Source: a virus (Duplodnaviria; Heunggongvirae; Uroviricota; Caudoviricetes). From it: a stretch of DNA of 64,000 bases. The translations under genes were made by a program, and so were the position numbers. Shown piece by piece: positions 10,145 to 19,260 of this stretch. Where the stretch lies: the IMG/VR virus record IMGVR_UViG_3300046542_000616; one strand, written 5' to 3'. Numbering within the stretch: the first letter of the stretch is position 1; each line of letters begins with the position of its first letter. The notes beneath the pieces were generated by a model. It ran no database searches, was not told the origin of the DNA, and was given only the letters and a program-made list of their open reading frames with translations.

Positions 10145-11055
10145 GTAAGCTGACTGAATTAGGTAGTCGGAAAGAGGTTTTGGCGGCAATTGATTCGGGT
10201 GGAATCAAGTTTTTCCGTGATCTCCCTGGGCAGCACAAAAACGCCGACATTGCGCTGTATTGGATTAAGAAATGCCGCGCCCACAGCTCCGAAGTGGAAA
10301 TGCAGTTGTCAGCCATCTTTTTGTATCGAGACGTGCCATTCAATTGCATGACCGACGACTTTCTAAGAATCGCGGCAGAGTGCGGGTGCCCAGTCATTTG
10401 CAGCATCAAGCCTGACCAAACGACGATATATCGAGACCTGGTTTACCTTTGCATTGAATCCAGTCATTCATGGATAAAATACGTTTATCCTGCCTATGGC
10501 GACGAAGAATTGCTGGAGTACATTTTCAGTAGGTATTCTTCAAATTGCTGGATATGGGCCTACGACAATAACTGGGTCATGGAAGTCATGTCTGACGACC
10601 TTTTCGACAGGTGTTGCCAGGCCCGTTTCCTTTTTGCCTTAGAAGCGCCAGCGCATCGAATCAAAGGCGACATCGGGCGCTTTCTGGATGTGAGCGAATG
10701 TAATCCAGAAGTGATTTATCGCCTGCGCCACAAGCGTAGGCTTGACCTCATTACCGCAAAGATAAGCACAGTAGACGACCTATGGCCCCTTCTGGATGCA
10801 TACCGAGTGATCACTCCCAGATCGGTGTCGGATATGCTTGAGCGTCTGGAGAATGCCGAGCCAGGCTCCATCGACGAAACGATCTATATGTCGATCCTGC
10901 TGCTTGAACGCATTGAGAAAGTGGTTGAGATGATGGCGAGCAGCCGGCTCAAGCGGCTTTTGCTGGAGATGTACCCGTTTGAGGCGCTGGAGCCTTTCGT
11001 CAAATCTGATATAGGCCTTAAAGGCGTCATGCTGGAAGAGGCAATGGGCTTATGA
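10141..11055 (+). CDS. family-A paralog (304 aa)
   Basis: ORF; FRDLPGQHKNADIALYWI; CCQARFLFALEAPAHRIKGDIGRFL; C tail VMLEEAMGL; ATGA overlaps. Confidence 0.8.
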   Translation: MSKLTELGSRKEVLAAIDSGGIKFFRDLPGQHKNADIALYWIKKCRAHSSEVEMQLSAIFLYRDVPFNCMTDDFLRIAAECGCPVICSIKPDQTTIYRDLVYLCIESSHSWIKYVYPAYGDEELLEYIFSRYSSNCWIWAYDNNWVMEVMSDDLFDRCCQARFLFALEAPAHRIKGDIGRFLDVSECNPEVIYRLRHKRRLDLITAKISTVDDLWPLLDAYRVITPRSVSDMLERLENAEPGSIDETIYMSILLLERIEKVVEMMASSRLKRLLLEMYPFEALEPFVKSDIGLKGVMLEEAMGL

Positions 11056-11540
11056 GTCAGCCACTGCCGAAGCCAGAAACCATCGCACAAGTGCTGGAAA
11101 TGCTTGATGAGGGCCAGATTGAGCATTTCTGCGACATTCCGGAAAATTACCGGTTTGGAATGATTGCTCGGGATTGGCTTAGGCAAAAATACCTGGTCAA
11201 CACCGCGAACGGGGAGGTGTACTACGCCCAGGTGCCTGAAAGCAGTCTGGACGACAGATTCATACGGATGGTCTCATGTTATCTCGGCGCGCCCACTGGG
11301 CCATCTACACTTTTTGATGCTGTAGGGCTTATTAAACAAGCCGAAAGTGGCGGTACTGATGAGGCTCTAGGCATGGTCTATGCAATGACCTACCCGCTCG
11401 ACCAGGTGGTTACCGCGATGACAGGAAATCGCCTGAAAAAACTGCTGCTGGAGATGTACACGGCAGGGGAGCTTCGCCCCTACCTGATGCAGGACACTGA
11501 GCTTAAGGGCGTCATCCTTGAAGCTGCTTTAGGAATTTGA
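11052..11540 (+). CDS. family-A minimal member (162 aa: N-terminal motif fused directly to C-terminal module)
   Basis: ORF; FCDIPENYRFGMIARDWL then ...VYAMTYPLDQVVTAMTGNRLKKLLLEMYTAGELRPYL...VILEAALGI*; lacks the central repeat region. Confidence 0.7.
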   Translation: MSQPLPKPETIAQVLEMLDEGQIEHFCDIPENYRFGMIARDWLRQKYLVNTANGEVYYAQVPESSLDDRFIRMVSCYLGAPTGPSTLFDAVGLIKQAESGGTDEALGMVYAMTYPLDQVVTAMTGNRLKKLLLEMYTAGELRPYLMQDTELKGVILEAALGI

Positions 11541-11606
11541 CCTTGATTTTTTTCAATTAAGGCTACTTTGACGACGCCACCAGACCTCTAACTGCGGACG
11601 GACTTC

Positions 11607-12479
11607 ATGCAGGACACCCGGATTTACCTCACTGCCGCTGAAGTCGACGAAGGCATCCTTCTTGGGCATTTCCCAAGATTTTCCGACATTCCCGAGCAGT
11701 TTTTGGATGACAACCTGGCCATCGAATGGCTGAAGTTCGCCGGCAGCCCGATTGAAAGGCATTATGCCCAGGTTCCACAGGCGTTGAGGTCTAGCGCCTT
11801 CCTCAAATTCGCGGCGTTCAACGGCTGCAATGTCCTCAAAGACACCAGTCCGGCGCAGACCGAGTGCTACCGAGAACTGGTGCATCTTTGCTTGATGAAT
11901 GATTGCCAGGCGCTTCGTGACGTTCACCCCAAGTTTCGTACCGTCCAAACTCTGAAAGTGCTTAAAACCAGGTTCAATGCCTTGGATTTCCTCCCGCTGA
12001 TCCAGGACATTGAATGGGTTGGCCCGGCCATGTCCGATGAGCTGGTCAGTGAGCTATGTGATGACGACTTTTCATTTGTCTTGCAAGCGCCTGCTAGCCT
12101 GTTGCGCAAAGATCTTGTCGACTACGTGGATTTGCGTCGACCTAAAGTGATCACGTCGCTGCGCATCAACGGTCGCCTGGATCTGCTGGCTGCCAAACTG
12201 GCCAAAGAGGGATGGCCAAAAAACTACGACCTGACCAGGCCAGCCTCTTTGGAGGACGTTGTGGCCAGGCTTCCAGGATGCACTCCCCGGTACTATCCAG
12301 AAACGCTGTACCTGGCATTTGTCATGACCTATCCCATCGACCAGGTCGTGCCGGCCATGAACACCGTGCACCTCAAAAAGCTCCTGCTGGAAATGTATTC
12401 AATTGATGAGCTTCGCCCGCACATGAAGCAGGACAATGGCCTGAAGGCCGTGCTTCTCGATGACGCCCTGGGCCTGTAG
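11607..12479 (+). CDS. family-A paralog (290 aa)
   Basis: ORF; FSDIPEQFLDDNLAIEWL; C tail AVLLDDALGL. Confidence 0.8.
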   Translation: MQDTRIYLTAAEVDEGILLGHFPRFSDIPEQFLDDNLAIEWLKFAGSPIERHYAQVPQALRSSAFLKFAAFNGCNVLKDTSPAQTECYRELVHLCLMNDCQALRDVHPKFRTVQTLKVLKTRFNALDFLPLIQDIEWVGPAMSDELVSELCDDDFSFVLQAPASLLRKDLVDYVDLRRPKVITSLRINGRLDLLAAKLAKEGWPKNYDLTRPASLEDVVARLPGCTPRYYPETLYLAFVMTYPIDQVVPAMNTVHLKKLLLEMYSIDELRPHMKQDNGLKAVLLDDALGL

Positions 12480-12494
12480 GAAAGGAATCTGCTG

Positions 12495-13403
12495 ATGAAC
12501 ACTAAAGATGACGTGCTGAACGAGCTGCACACTGGCCAGGGCATTCTGCTGAGCTTCGACAGCATTCCAGAACATCTAAGGGACAGCGAAGTCGCGACAG
12601 TCTGGATGAGCATGCGGTATCTCAGGAGGGGCCTTCCTGTACATCTGTCCCTGCCAAAGATCCCACGCCGGCTGATCAATGATGCTTTGCTGCACAAGGC
12701 CATCGAACTGGATCATGACGCTCTCAAAAGCATCAAGCCGCATATGGCTGTCGACTACCCGTCTATGGTTCTGCAGTCAGTCGGATGCTCTGTGTATGCC
12801 TACCGAGACATTGATCCCAGCTACCGCACAGAGGCGATGCTGGACGCCATCATTGTGCATGCGAACCATCACCTTGAAATCCATACCTATGACGAACACA
12901 CACAATGGATCAGGGACTTGATGACCCAGGAGCGGATCGACAAGGTGTTGGCCACCAATTTCATGTTCGCCCTGCGATATGGTCTACATAAAATGGAGTG
13001 GGGCGCGCTCAAGGGCTTGCTGAAAAAGAGTTATCCGTTCTATCAGTTTCTCGACCTGCACACCGCATTGCACTACGTCTCGAGGCTGATAGCCGAAGGG
13101 GAATGGCCTGAGTGTGAAGACGAAGACTCAACGCCTGTAAAACCTAAGACCTTGGATGAGGGTGTCTTCCGGATGATGATCGGCGAGCGGGTTCTCCCTG
13201 CGAGAATAACCCGTCTGGACAGCTTCTACTTGTACAAGGCCTACGTCATGACCTACCCCATCGCGGATGTCGTGGCGACGATGCAGGCACCGGAAAGGCG
13301 CAAGGTACTCTTGGAGATGTACAGCACGGACGAGTTGCGTCCTCATGCGCACCTCAACAGGAACCTGCGTGGCGCGTTGCTGGAAGAAGCGATTGGTTTG
13401 TAG
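12495..13403 (+). CDS. family-A paralog (302 aa), last gene of first sub-array
   Basis: ORF; FDSIPEHLRDSEVATVWM; C tail ALLEEAIGL; followed by an AT-rich palindromic spacer. Confidence 0.8.
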   Translation: MNTKDDVLNELHTGQGILLSFDSIPEHLRDSEVATVWMSMRYLRRGLPVHLSLPKIPRRLINDALLHKAIELDHDALKSIKPHMAVDYPSMVLQSVGCSVYAYRDIDPSYRTEAMLDAIIVHANHHLEIHTYDEHTQWIRDLMTQERIDKVLATNFMFALRYGLHKMEWGALKGLLKKSYPFYQFLDLHTALHYVSRLIAEGEWPECEDEDSTPVKPKTLDEGVFRMMIGERVLPARITRLDSFYLYKAYVMTYPIADVVATMQAPERRKVLLEMYSTDELRPHAHLNRNLRGALLEEAIGL

Positions 13404-13464
13404 GCAAAAGAAAAGGCTTTAAAAGCTTTTTGAGCGGCGGCCATCCTTGGCCCATGCGCAACGG

Positions 13465-14118
13465 TTAAATCATCACAATTTCGCTTTCGTAGTGCACCAG
13501 CTCGTGGAAGCGTTTGGCTTTGGTTGGGCCGATGCCATTGATCTGGGTAATCATTTCCGGTGTGGCGTTAACGACTCTGGCAATCGAGCCAAAGTGCTCA
13601 AACAGTTTTTTGGAGTTTTCCGGGCCGATGCCTGGGAAGCTGCCAATCACGTACTGAGCAGAATCGGCATTGGCCTTGGGTTTTTTCGGGTGCAGGTTAA
13701 TTTCATAACCCAGCCCTTCCTGCAGATGGCGGGCCATGTGCGCCAGCATGAGCAGACTTTCATTCTTGTCGGCCACGAAGATCACTTGCACGTTGGCTAT
13801 GGCCATCAGCCAAGACAAGGCGCCACGGATGGACTCCTTGGTCATTTTGGAGCGAGTTTTGTAGACGTCCCCCTCAATCAAGACCATGGGACGGACGTAG
13901 TCCATCTTCATTTTTGGGACTTGGTTGAAGAGCCTACCGTCCATGATTGAATTGACAAAGTCCTGAGCTTCCTTTCGCTCAACCACAACCTCCTGGCTCA
14001 GGACGTAGTCGCCACAGGGCAGCTCGCCAACGAGGACTTCGACGTTTTCCATGGCCTGGAGCGCTTTAATCATGCCGGATGTAGTTTCGCGACTGTCTGC
14101 AAAGATTTTGACCATCAT
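13465..14118 (-). CDS. ERCC4-domain (XPF/Mus81/Hef-type) nuclease with C-terminal (HhH)2 domain, short archaeal-XPF-like architecture
   Basis: KIFADSRE..., LPCGDYVLS, VVVERKEAQDFVNSIMDGRLFNQ, MVLIEGD match ERCC4 catalytic motifs (GDx..ERK..D); C-term GIGPENSKKLFEHFGSI...INGIGPTKAKRF = two HhH. Confidence 0.75.
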   Translation of the reverse strand: MMVKIFADSRETTSGMIKALQAMENVEVLVGELPCGDYVLSQEVVVERKEAQDFVNSIMDGRLFNQVPKMKMDYVRPMVLIEGDVYKTRSKMTKESIRGALSWLMAIANVQVIFVADKNESLLMLAHMARHLQEGLGYEINLHPKKPKANADSAQYVIGSFPGIGPENSKKLFEHFGSIARVVNATPEMITQINGIGPTKAKRFHELVHYESEIVMI

Positions 14119-14210
14119 GGTCTCCTCGAAGGTTAGTCAGGGTAGTGTGGGAGGGGAATTACCTCTGGTCAATTTGCACTAGCGAGAAAGGCCTTCCTTG
14201 GCTTCATATT

Positions 14211-14591
14211 TCAGATCGCAAGGCCGTCATCAGCCGTATGGCGCGCCGTGGGCTTCAAAGGCATCCCTGTCGCTTTGTGCAGCACTTCCTTGCGCTCGCC
14301 GAAGCGATCATAGGCGGTAATGCTGAACTGGCCTTTAGCAATTGCATCAATGACCTCTGCGTATTGGCTTGGATTGACCTCGGCGATGGTGATGCCTTCA
14401 ACAATGGCCAGGGCCGGTCTGCCATTGCTGTCTTTGCTCCAGGTGTAGCGGTGGCCAGGCCACATCTGACCGATCACGTCGCCGGGACGGGCGTCCTTGT
14501 CCTTGATGTAGTCGTGCCAGGCCGTCAAAACAGCTTCTGGCTCCGAGGCCAGGGTGGGGTTTTTGCTCATTGCGGGCTCCTTAAGGTTCAT
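14211..14591 (-). CDS. hypothetical protein (119-126 aa), co-oriented with the ERCC4 nuclease gene
   Basis: ORF with protein-like composition; start may be the internal Met (14570); no family recognised. Confidence 0.45.
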   Translation of the reverse strand: MNLKEPAMSKNPTLASEPEAVLTAWHDYIKDKDARPGDVIGQMWPGHRYTWSKDSNGRPALAIVEGITIAEVNPSQYAEVIDAIAKGQFSITAYDRFGERKEVLHKATGMPLKPTARHTADDGLAI

Positions 14592-14657
14592 GCCCTCATC
14601 TTAGATTTTGAGCCTGGGGCTCTGCAATCAAGCTGTCTGAGGGGCCTGGCTCTGGGC

Positions 14658-14687
14658 GGTGTACTCGGCGCCAGCGCATCCGTCATA
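14658..14687 (+). promoter_or_regulatory. conserved intergenic motif GGTGTACTCGGCGCCAGCGCATCCGTCATA (copy 1), ~70 nt upstream of gene 14759
   Basis: Near-identical 29-30 bp element repeated at 15651..15680 upstream of the next gene; ends in CATAAT (-10-like). Confidence 0.4.
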
Positions 14688-14758
14688 ATTGAGGTTCAGC
14701 AACGCACTCAATGGCTCACCGCTTTTGAGGCCAGAGGTTAGCCAGAGGGAAGTGGGAG

Positions 14759-15631
14759 ATGAAGAGGAAAGAGTTTTTGATGGCGATGCAGGATGATCCT
14801 GACTCATACGAGGAGTTTTCGAGCATTCCAGAAGCGTTTCGAGATTCCGAAATGGCAGCCAGTTGGATGACGACGCTGAGCAAACAGGATGTCAGCCCCT
14901 CCCCACACACCCTCATGCAAATCCCTGCGGAGCTACAAAATCAGAAGGTATTGCTGACAGCGGTGGGGCTCAACTCAATGGCTCTCAAACTGATAAAGCC
15001 TGAACAGGCTGATGATTATCTGGCCATTGTGCTGGTGGCTGTCCACAAAGCCTCGTACGCATTCAAGTTGATGGACGAGAGCTACAAAACCGAAGCCGTC
15101 CTTGACGCATTCATTGAAGACCAGGTGTTCTTTGACCTAGAAACCGGTCACATGGACTGGGTTCTGCCCATGCTGAATCAAGAGCGCATCGACAAGATAT
15201 CCGCCTACTCATTATGGTTTGCCATGAGTGTCGGCCTCGAGAATGTCTCTTGGGACGTGGTGAAAGAGCAACTCAAGAAAACACCGGATAACTACTCATA
15301 CATGGATAAGCTAGGTCAGCTTGGTTTCTTGTCGAAAATGCTTAAAGAGGATGAGTGGCCAAAAAGTGAAGGGAATCTGGTTTACAAGCCATTCAAGGGC
15401 CTGGCCGATGGGGTCAGCCGCTTCATGCGATCCGATAAAGAATCAGCCCTTCATTACCTGCAAAAAGCTTATGTATTGACCTTCCCGGTGCCGGAGGTGA
15501 TCGCGGCCATGAAAACCCCGGCGCGCCGCGAAGTGCTGCTTGGGCTTTATCCGGTGGATGTGTTGCGTGAGCATGCCCATGGCGACCGGAATCTACGCGG
15601 CAAGATCCTGGAGCAAGACATTGGACTTTGA
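14759..15631 (+). CDS. family-A paralog (290 aa), first gene of second sub-array
   Basis: ORF with GGGAG RBS; FSSIPEAFRDSEMAASWM; C tail KILEQDIGL. Confidence 0.8.
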   Translation: MKRKEFLMAMQDDPDSYEEFSSIPEAFRDSEMAASWMTTLSKQDVSPSPHTLMQIPAELQNQKVLLTAVGLNSMALKLIKPEQADDYLAIVLVAVHKASYAFKLMDESYKTEAVLDAFIEDQVFFDLETGHMDWVLPMLNQERIDKISAYSLWFAMSVGLENVSWDVVKEQLKKTPDNYSYMDKLGQLGFLSKMLKEDEWPKSEGNLVYKPFKGLADGVSRFMRSDKESALHYLQKAYVLTFPVPEVIAAMKTPARREVLLGLYPVDVLREHAHGDRNLRGKILEQDIGL

Positions 15632-15650
15632 CGGCAAAAGGGCTCTTCCC

Positions 15651-15680
15651 CGTGTACTCAGCGCCAGCGCATCCTTCATA
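15651..15680 (+). promoter_or_regulatory. conserved intergenic motif CGTGTACTCAGCGCCAGCGCATCCTTCATA (copy 2), ~65 nt upstream of gene 15748
   Basis: 27/29 identical to 14659..14687; ends CATACT (-10-like). Confidence 0.4.
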
Positions 15681-15747
15681 CTAGGCGAAATGACACGCAG
15701 GTGATGGCGCTTCTGAGCTGACCTTGCAGTGCGACAAGGGGCGGGTG

Positions 15748-16632
15748 ATGACGGCAGTGCAAAAACGGTTCGTTTACGAAGTGCAGACCGAGGCATCTCG
15801 CTTCAAAGACTTCGCGTCGATACCTCAGGAATGCCTGAATACCGCCAATATCATGCTGTGGATGGAGTCGGTCTTTAAAAAAACGGGTACTAATCCCTCC
15901 AAGCTCCTCCCCCAGATTCCGAAGCAGTACATCACCGATGAGCTACTGAAAAGAGCCATCGATTTGAGCTCTTCCTCTCTCGGGGAAATAAAGCCATCGG
16001 ACACCGATGATTATCTCGGGTTGGTGCTGCACGCCCTCAAGTCTTTCAATTACCTAGCATGGTGCTTCGTCGATGAGAGCTATAGGACGCAAGCCACTCT
16101 GGATGTTCTCATTGAAAACGAAGTGAGGATAGGCCTTGAAGACCCGAGCACGGAATGGATCAAGCCGCTGCTCAATCAGCAGCGTATCGACCGGATCTCC
16201 GCGTACAACTACGAGTTTGCCTTGGATGTTGGCTTGGACAAGGTGTCTTGGGAGATTGTGAAGACGCTCCTCGCCAAGCAGCCCGGTGGCTACAAAGACC
16301 TGGACTTGCAAGGAGACCTGCATTACCTGAGCCGAATGCTCGCGGAAAATGTGTGGCCGGAGCCCATAAGGGGTTTCCAGTACCGACCCCTGGAGAATCT
16401 GGCGGATGGCGTATCGCGTTTTATGAAGACAGAGATCAACAAGCCGCCAACCTACTATCTGTTTAAGGCCTACGTCATGTCTTTCCCGGTGGATCAGGTT
16501 ATTGCGGCCATGAAGACGCCAGTCCGGCGCAAGGTGTTGCTAGAGCTGTACCCAACAGAGGTGTTGCGTAAGCACTCTGGCGGCGACCGCGAGCTGCGCG
16601 GCAGACTCCTTGAAGATGAGATAGGCCTCTAA
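15748..16632 (+). CDS. family-A paralog (~294 aa)
   Basis: ATG at 15748 with AAGGGG RBS (ORF track's 15724 is a TTG extension); FASIPQECLNTANIMLWM; ~55% identical to 14759..15631; C tail RLLEDEIGL. Confidence 0.75.
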   Translation: MTAVQKRFVYEVQTEASRFKDFASIPQECLNTANIMLWMESVFKKTGTNPSKLLPQIPKQYITDELLKRAIDLSSSSLGEIKPSDTDDYLGLVLHALKSFNYLAWCFVDESYRTQATLDVLIENEVRIGLEDPSTEWIKPLLNQQRIDRISAYNYEFALDVGLDKVSWEIVKTLLAKQPGGYKDLDLQGDLHYLSRMLAENVWPEPIRGFQYRPLENLADGVSRFMKTEINKPPTYYLFKAYVMSFPVDQVIAAMKTPVRRKVLLELYPTEVLRKHSGGDRELRGRLLEDEIGL

Positions 16633-17504
16633 TGAACCACGAATTCCACGACATCCACGACGTCAACGTCGCCATCAGTAACAACCTGGTTCACAGGTTT
16701 GCTGACATCCCAAAGCACTTGCAAAGCGCTGAGGTGGCCCAGGAGTGGTGCATCTCCATGCACTCGGTGAAAAAGAAGCCGCTAGAAACCTGCATGGCTG
16801 AGGTTCCGGCTGAATTCTGGAGCCCTAAATTTTTACTAACCCTCACTAATTTAGGGTGCAACGTCCTGCAGTATATCGATCCAGAGGATAAATTCTGCCA
16901 GGAACTTGGGTTCACCAGTGTGAGGATCAACTACAAGCACCTTGCCTCTCTCGACGAAAAATACCGGTCTCAGTTTGCTGAGCATCTGGCCTGGAATAAC
17001 CTGCGAGAGATGCACCTGATTGCAAAAGCCTTTCCGTGGATCAGAGATCATCTGACAGATGAAGCGTCCAGACATTGCTGCGCCAATATTGATTTTGCTA
17101 TGGGTTACAAGGTTCTTCCTGATGGCATTGGCAAGCAGATCCTATTAAATGGGGATGGCTTTGAAATAATCCGGGCCGTTGGCCGGCTAGACGTTCTGGT
17201 AGGCCAGATTGGGGTAGGTGAATGGCCAGAGAGGCTATCTGGCTTCGGCTATCCTGGCGGAAGACCTAACACCCTTGAAGACGGTATTTATTGTGTTTCA
17301 GGGACATCGGAAAATAATGCCCGGCAAGCGCTGTACATGGCCTATGTCATGACTTATCGAATGGATGACGTAATCCCTTTGATGTGCGAACGCAAACTGC
17401 ACAAGCTGGTGCTGGAGATGTACTCGGACGAGGCGCTGGCGCCATTTATGAAAAAATACAGGGATCTTCGTGGGGCCGTACTTGAAGATTCGTTGGGCCT
17501 GTGA
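16632..17504 (+). CDS. family-A paralog (290 aa)
   Basis: ORF (TAATG overlap); MNHEFHDIHDVNVAISNNLVHRFADIPKHLQSAEVAQEW; C tail AVLEDSLGL. Confidence 0.8.
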   Translation: MNHEFHDIHDVNVAISNNLVHRFADIPKHLQSAEVAQEWCISMHSVKKKPLETCMAEVPAEFWSPKFLLTLTNLGCNVLQYIDPEDKFCQELGFTSVRINYKHLASLDEKYRSQFAEHLAWNNLREMHLIAKAFPWIRDHLTDEASRHCCANIDFAMGYKVLPDGIGKQILLNGDGFEIIRAVGRLDVLVGQIGVGEWPERLSGFGYPGGRPNTLEDGIYCVSGTSENNARQALYMAYVMTYRMDDVIPLMCERKLHKLVLEMYSDEALAPFMKKYRDLRGAVLEDSLGL

Positions 17505-18379
17505 TGATAGAACAATTCCACGATATCCATGACGTCAACGTTGCCATCAGCAACAACCTGGTTCACAGCTTTGCGGAGATTCCAAAGCACCTGCAGAGCG
17601 GTGAGGTCGCCGAGGAATGGTTCGTCTCCATGATCCAGGTCAAAAAGAAACCGCTTGAGGATTGCCTCAGTGAAGTGCCGCCTAAATTCTGGACGGCACA
17701 ATTCATGACGACTGTCGCCAACTCAGGGTGCAATATTCTTCGTTATATCGATCCAGGCAGGGATCCTATGCACCTCAATATTGGCATGATGTGCGCAAGA
17801 GTTAACTACAAAAATCTTGTCTCCCTCGACCCGAAATATAGGGGTGAATTTGCTGAGCATCTAGGCCAGAACAATGCTCGAGAAATCGATGTGATTGCTA
17901 GAGATTTCCCATGGGTCAGAGATCATATGCCAGCTAGTGTCGTTCACTTTTGCTGCCTTAATATTGATTTTGCCATGGGTTACAAGGTGCTTCCTGATGG
18001 TGTTGGAAAGGAGATCATGACCAATGGCTATGGCTTTAACAAAATCCGGGCCCATGGCCGGCTAGACGTTTTGGCAGAACAGATTGCGGAAGGTGAGTGG
18101 CCGACGATCCTTCCTAAATCCGAACTTCCTGGCCCGAAACCTAGATCCCTGGAAAATGGCATAGGTTTTATTTCCCAGTGCATGTCTGGCAGTGATCGAG
18201 AAAGCCTCCACATGGCCTACCTGATGACCTACCCGATGGATCAGGTAATTCCACTGTTGTGCGAGGATAAGAAGGCCAGGCTGGTTCTGGAGATGTACTC
18301 CAAGGAAGCGCTTGCGCCCTACGTAAAGAAATACAGGGTGCTGCGCGGCGTGGTACTTGAGGAGGCGCTGGGCTTGTGA
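17501..18379 (+). CDS. family-A paralog (292 aa)
   Basis: ORF; ~70% identical N-terminus to 16632..17504 (FHDIHDVNVAISNNLVHSFAEIPKHLQSGEVAEEW); C tail VVLEEALGL. Confidence 0.8.
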   Translation: MMIEQFHDIHDVNVAISNNLVHSFAEIPKHLQSGEVAEEWFVSMIQVKKKPLEDCLSEVPPKFWTAQFMTTVANSGCNILRYIDPGRDPMHLNIGMMCARVNYKNLVSLDPKYRGEFAEHLGQNNAREIDVIARDFPWVRDHMPASVVHFCCLNIDFAMGYKVLPDGVGKEIMTNGYGFNKIRAHGRLDVLAEQIAEGEWPTILPKSELPGPKPRSLENGIGFISQCMSGSDRESLHMAYLMTYPMDQVIPLLCEDKKARLVLEMYSKEALAPYVKKYRVLRGVVLEEALGL

Positions 18380-19260
18380 TGAGAGAACAATTCCGAGATG
18401 CCCAAGACATCGATATTGCGATCAGCAATGGCTTGAGTTTCCATTTCGATGATATTCCAAAGCACCTGCAGAGCGATGAAATGGCCCTGGAGTGGTTCCT
18501 GGCCATGATGGCAGTACCTGGTGAGAGGCCTCTGGATTTGTTCCTCCAAGTACCTTCTGAGCTTTGGTCTCAGGCTTTCCTGGTTGCAGTGTCCGGAAGC
18601 GACTGCAACATGCTGGCCCATAAAGACCTAGACCTCGGAAAGAACAGCCTTTATCAAAGCGTGGGCCTCAACTGCATCAGGAAGAACTACAAACACCTCT
18701 CATCTCTTGATCCGAAATACCGAACGATGGTGGCTGAGCATCTGGCCTGGAATTTCGATTATAAGGTGCATCTGGTCGACAGGGAGTTTCCGTGGTTCAG
18801 GGATCACCTGGATCCAGGTGAGCTTGAAAGGTGCTGCACCAATATTCATTTTGCGCTGGATACTAAAGACTTACCGGAGAGCATGCGCAGGCGCATTCTG
18901 ATCAATGGCGAAAATTTTCACATCATCCGGGCCCGTGGCCGGCTAGGTCTTTTGTCCGAGCAAATTGCCGAGGGTGAGTGGCCAAAAACCCTTACGTCGC
19001 TGGACTTTGCGGGCCCAATGCCAATATCCCTGGAGGATGGCATTCACAAGATTGTGGAGAGCGCGGCACGCGTTGATCAGCAGGCGCTGTACATGGCAGC
19101 GGTCATGACCTACCCGATGGACGAGGCTGTGTCCATGATGTGTGAGCGTAGGCTGCACAAGCTGGTGCTGGAGATGTACTCCCAGGAGGCGCTTGCGCCA
19201 TACTTGAAAAAATACCGGGATTTGCGCGGAGTCGTACTCGAGGATGCGCTGGGGCTTTGA
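18376..19260 (+). CDS. family-A paralog (294 aa)
   Basis: ORF; FDDIPKHLQSDEMALEWF; C tail VVLEDALGL; overlaps. Confidence 0.8.
   Translation: MMREQFRDAQDIDIAISNGLSFHFDDIPKHLQSDEMALEWFLAMMAVPGERPLDLFLQVPSELWSQAFLVAVSGSDCNMLAHKDLDLGKNSLYQSVGLNCIRKNYKHLSSLDPKYRTMVAEHLAWNFDYKVHLVDREFPWFRDHLDPGELERCCTNIHFALDTKDLPESMRRRILINGENFHIIRARGRLGLLSEQIAEGEWPKTLTSLDFAGPMPISLEDGIHKIVESAARVDQQALYMAAVMTYPMDEAVSMMCERRLHKLVLEMYSQEALAPYLKKYRDLRGVVLEDALGL

Noticed and set aside
13447-13950. Plus-strand 167-aa ORF overlapping the ERCC4 nuclease gene. A similar ORF lies at 14145..14741, overlapping the small minus gene.
   Set aside because: The opposite-strand ORFs have recognisable catalytic motifs (ERCC4) or better composition. 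The plus ORFs are His/Gly/Val-rich shadows.
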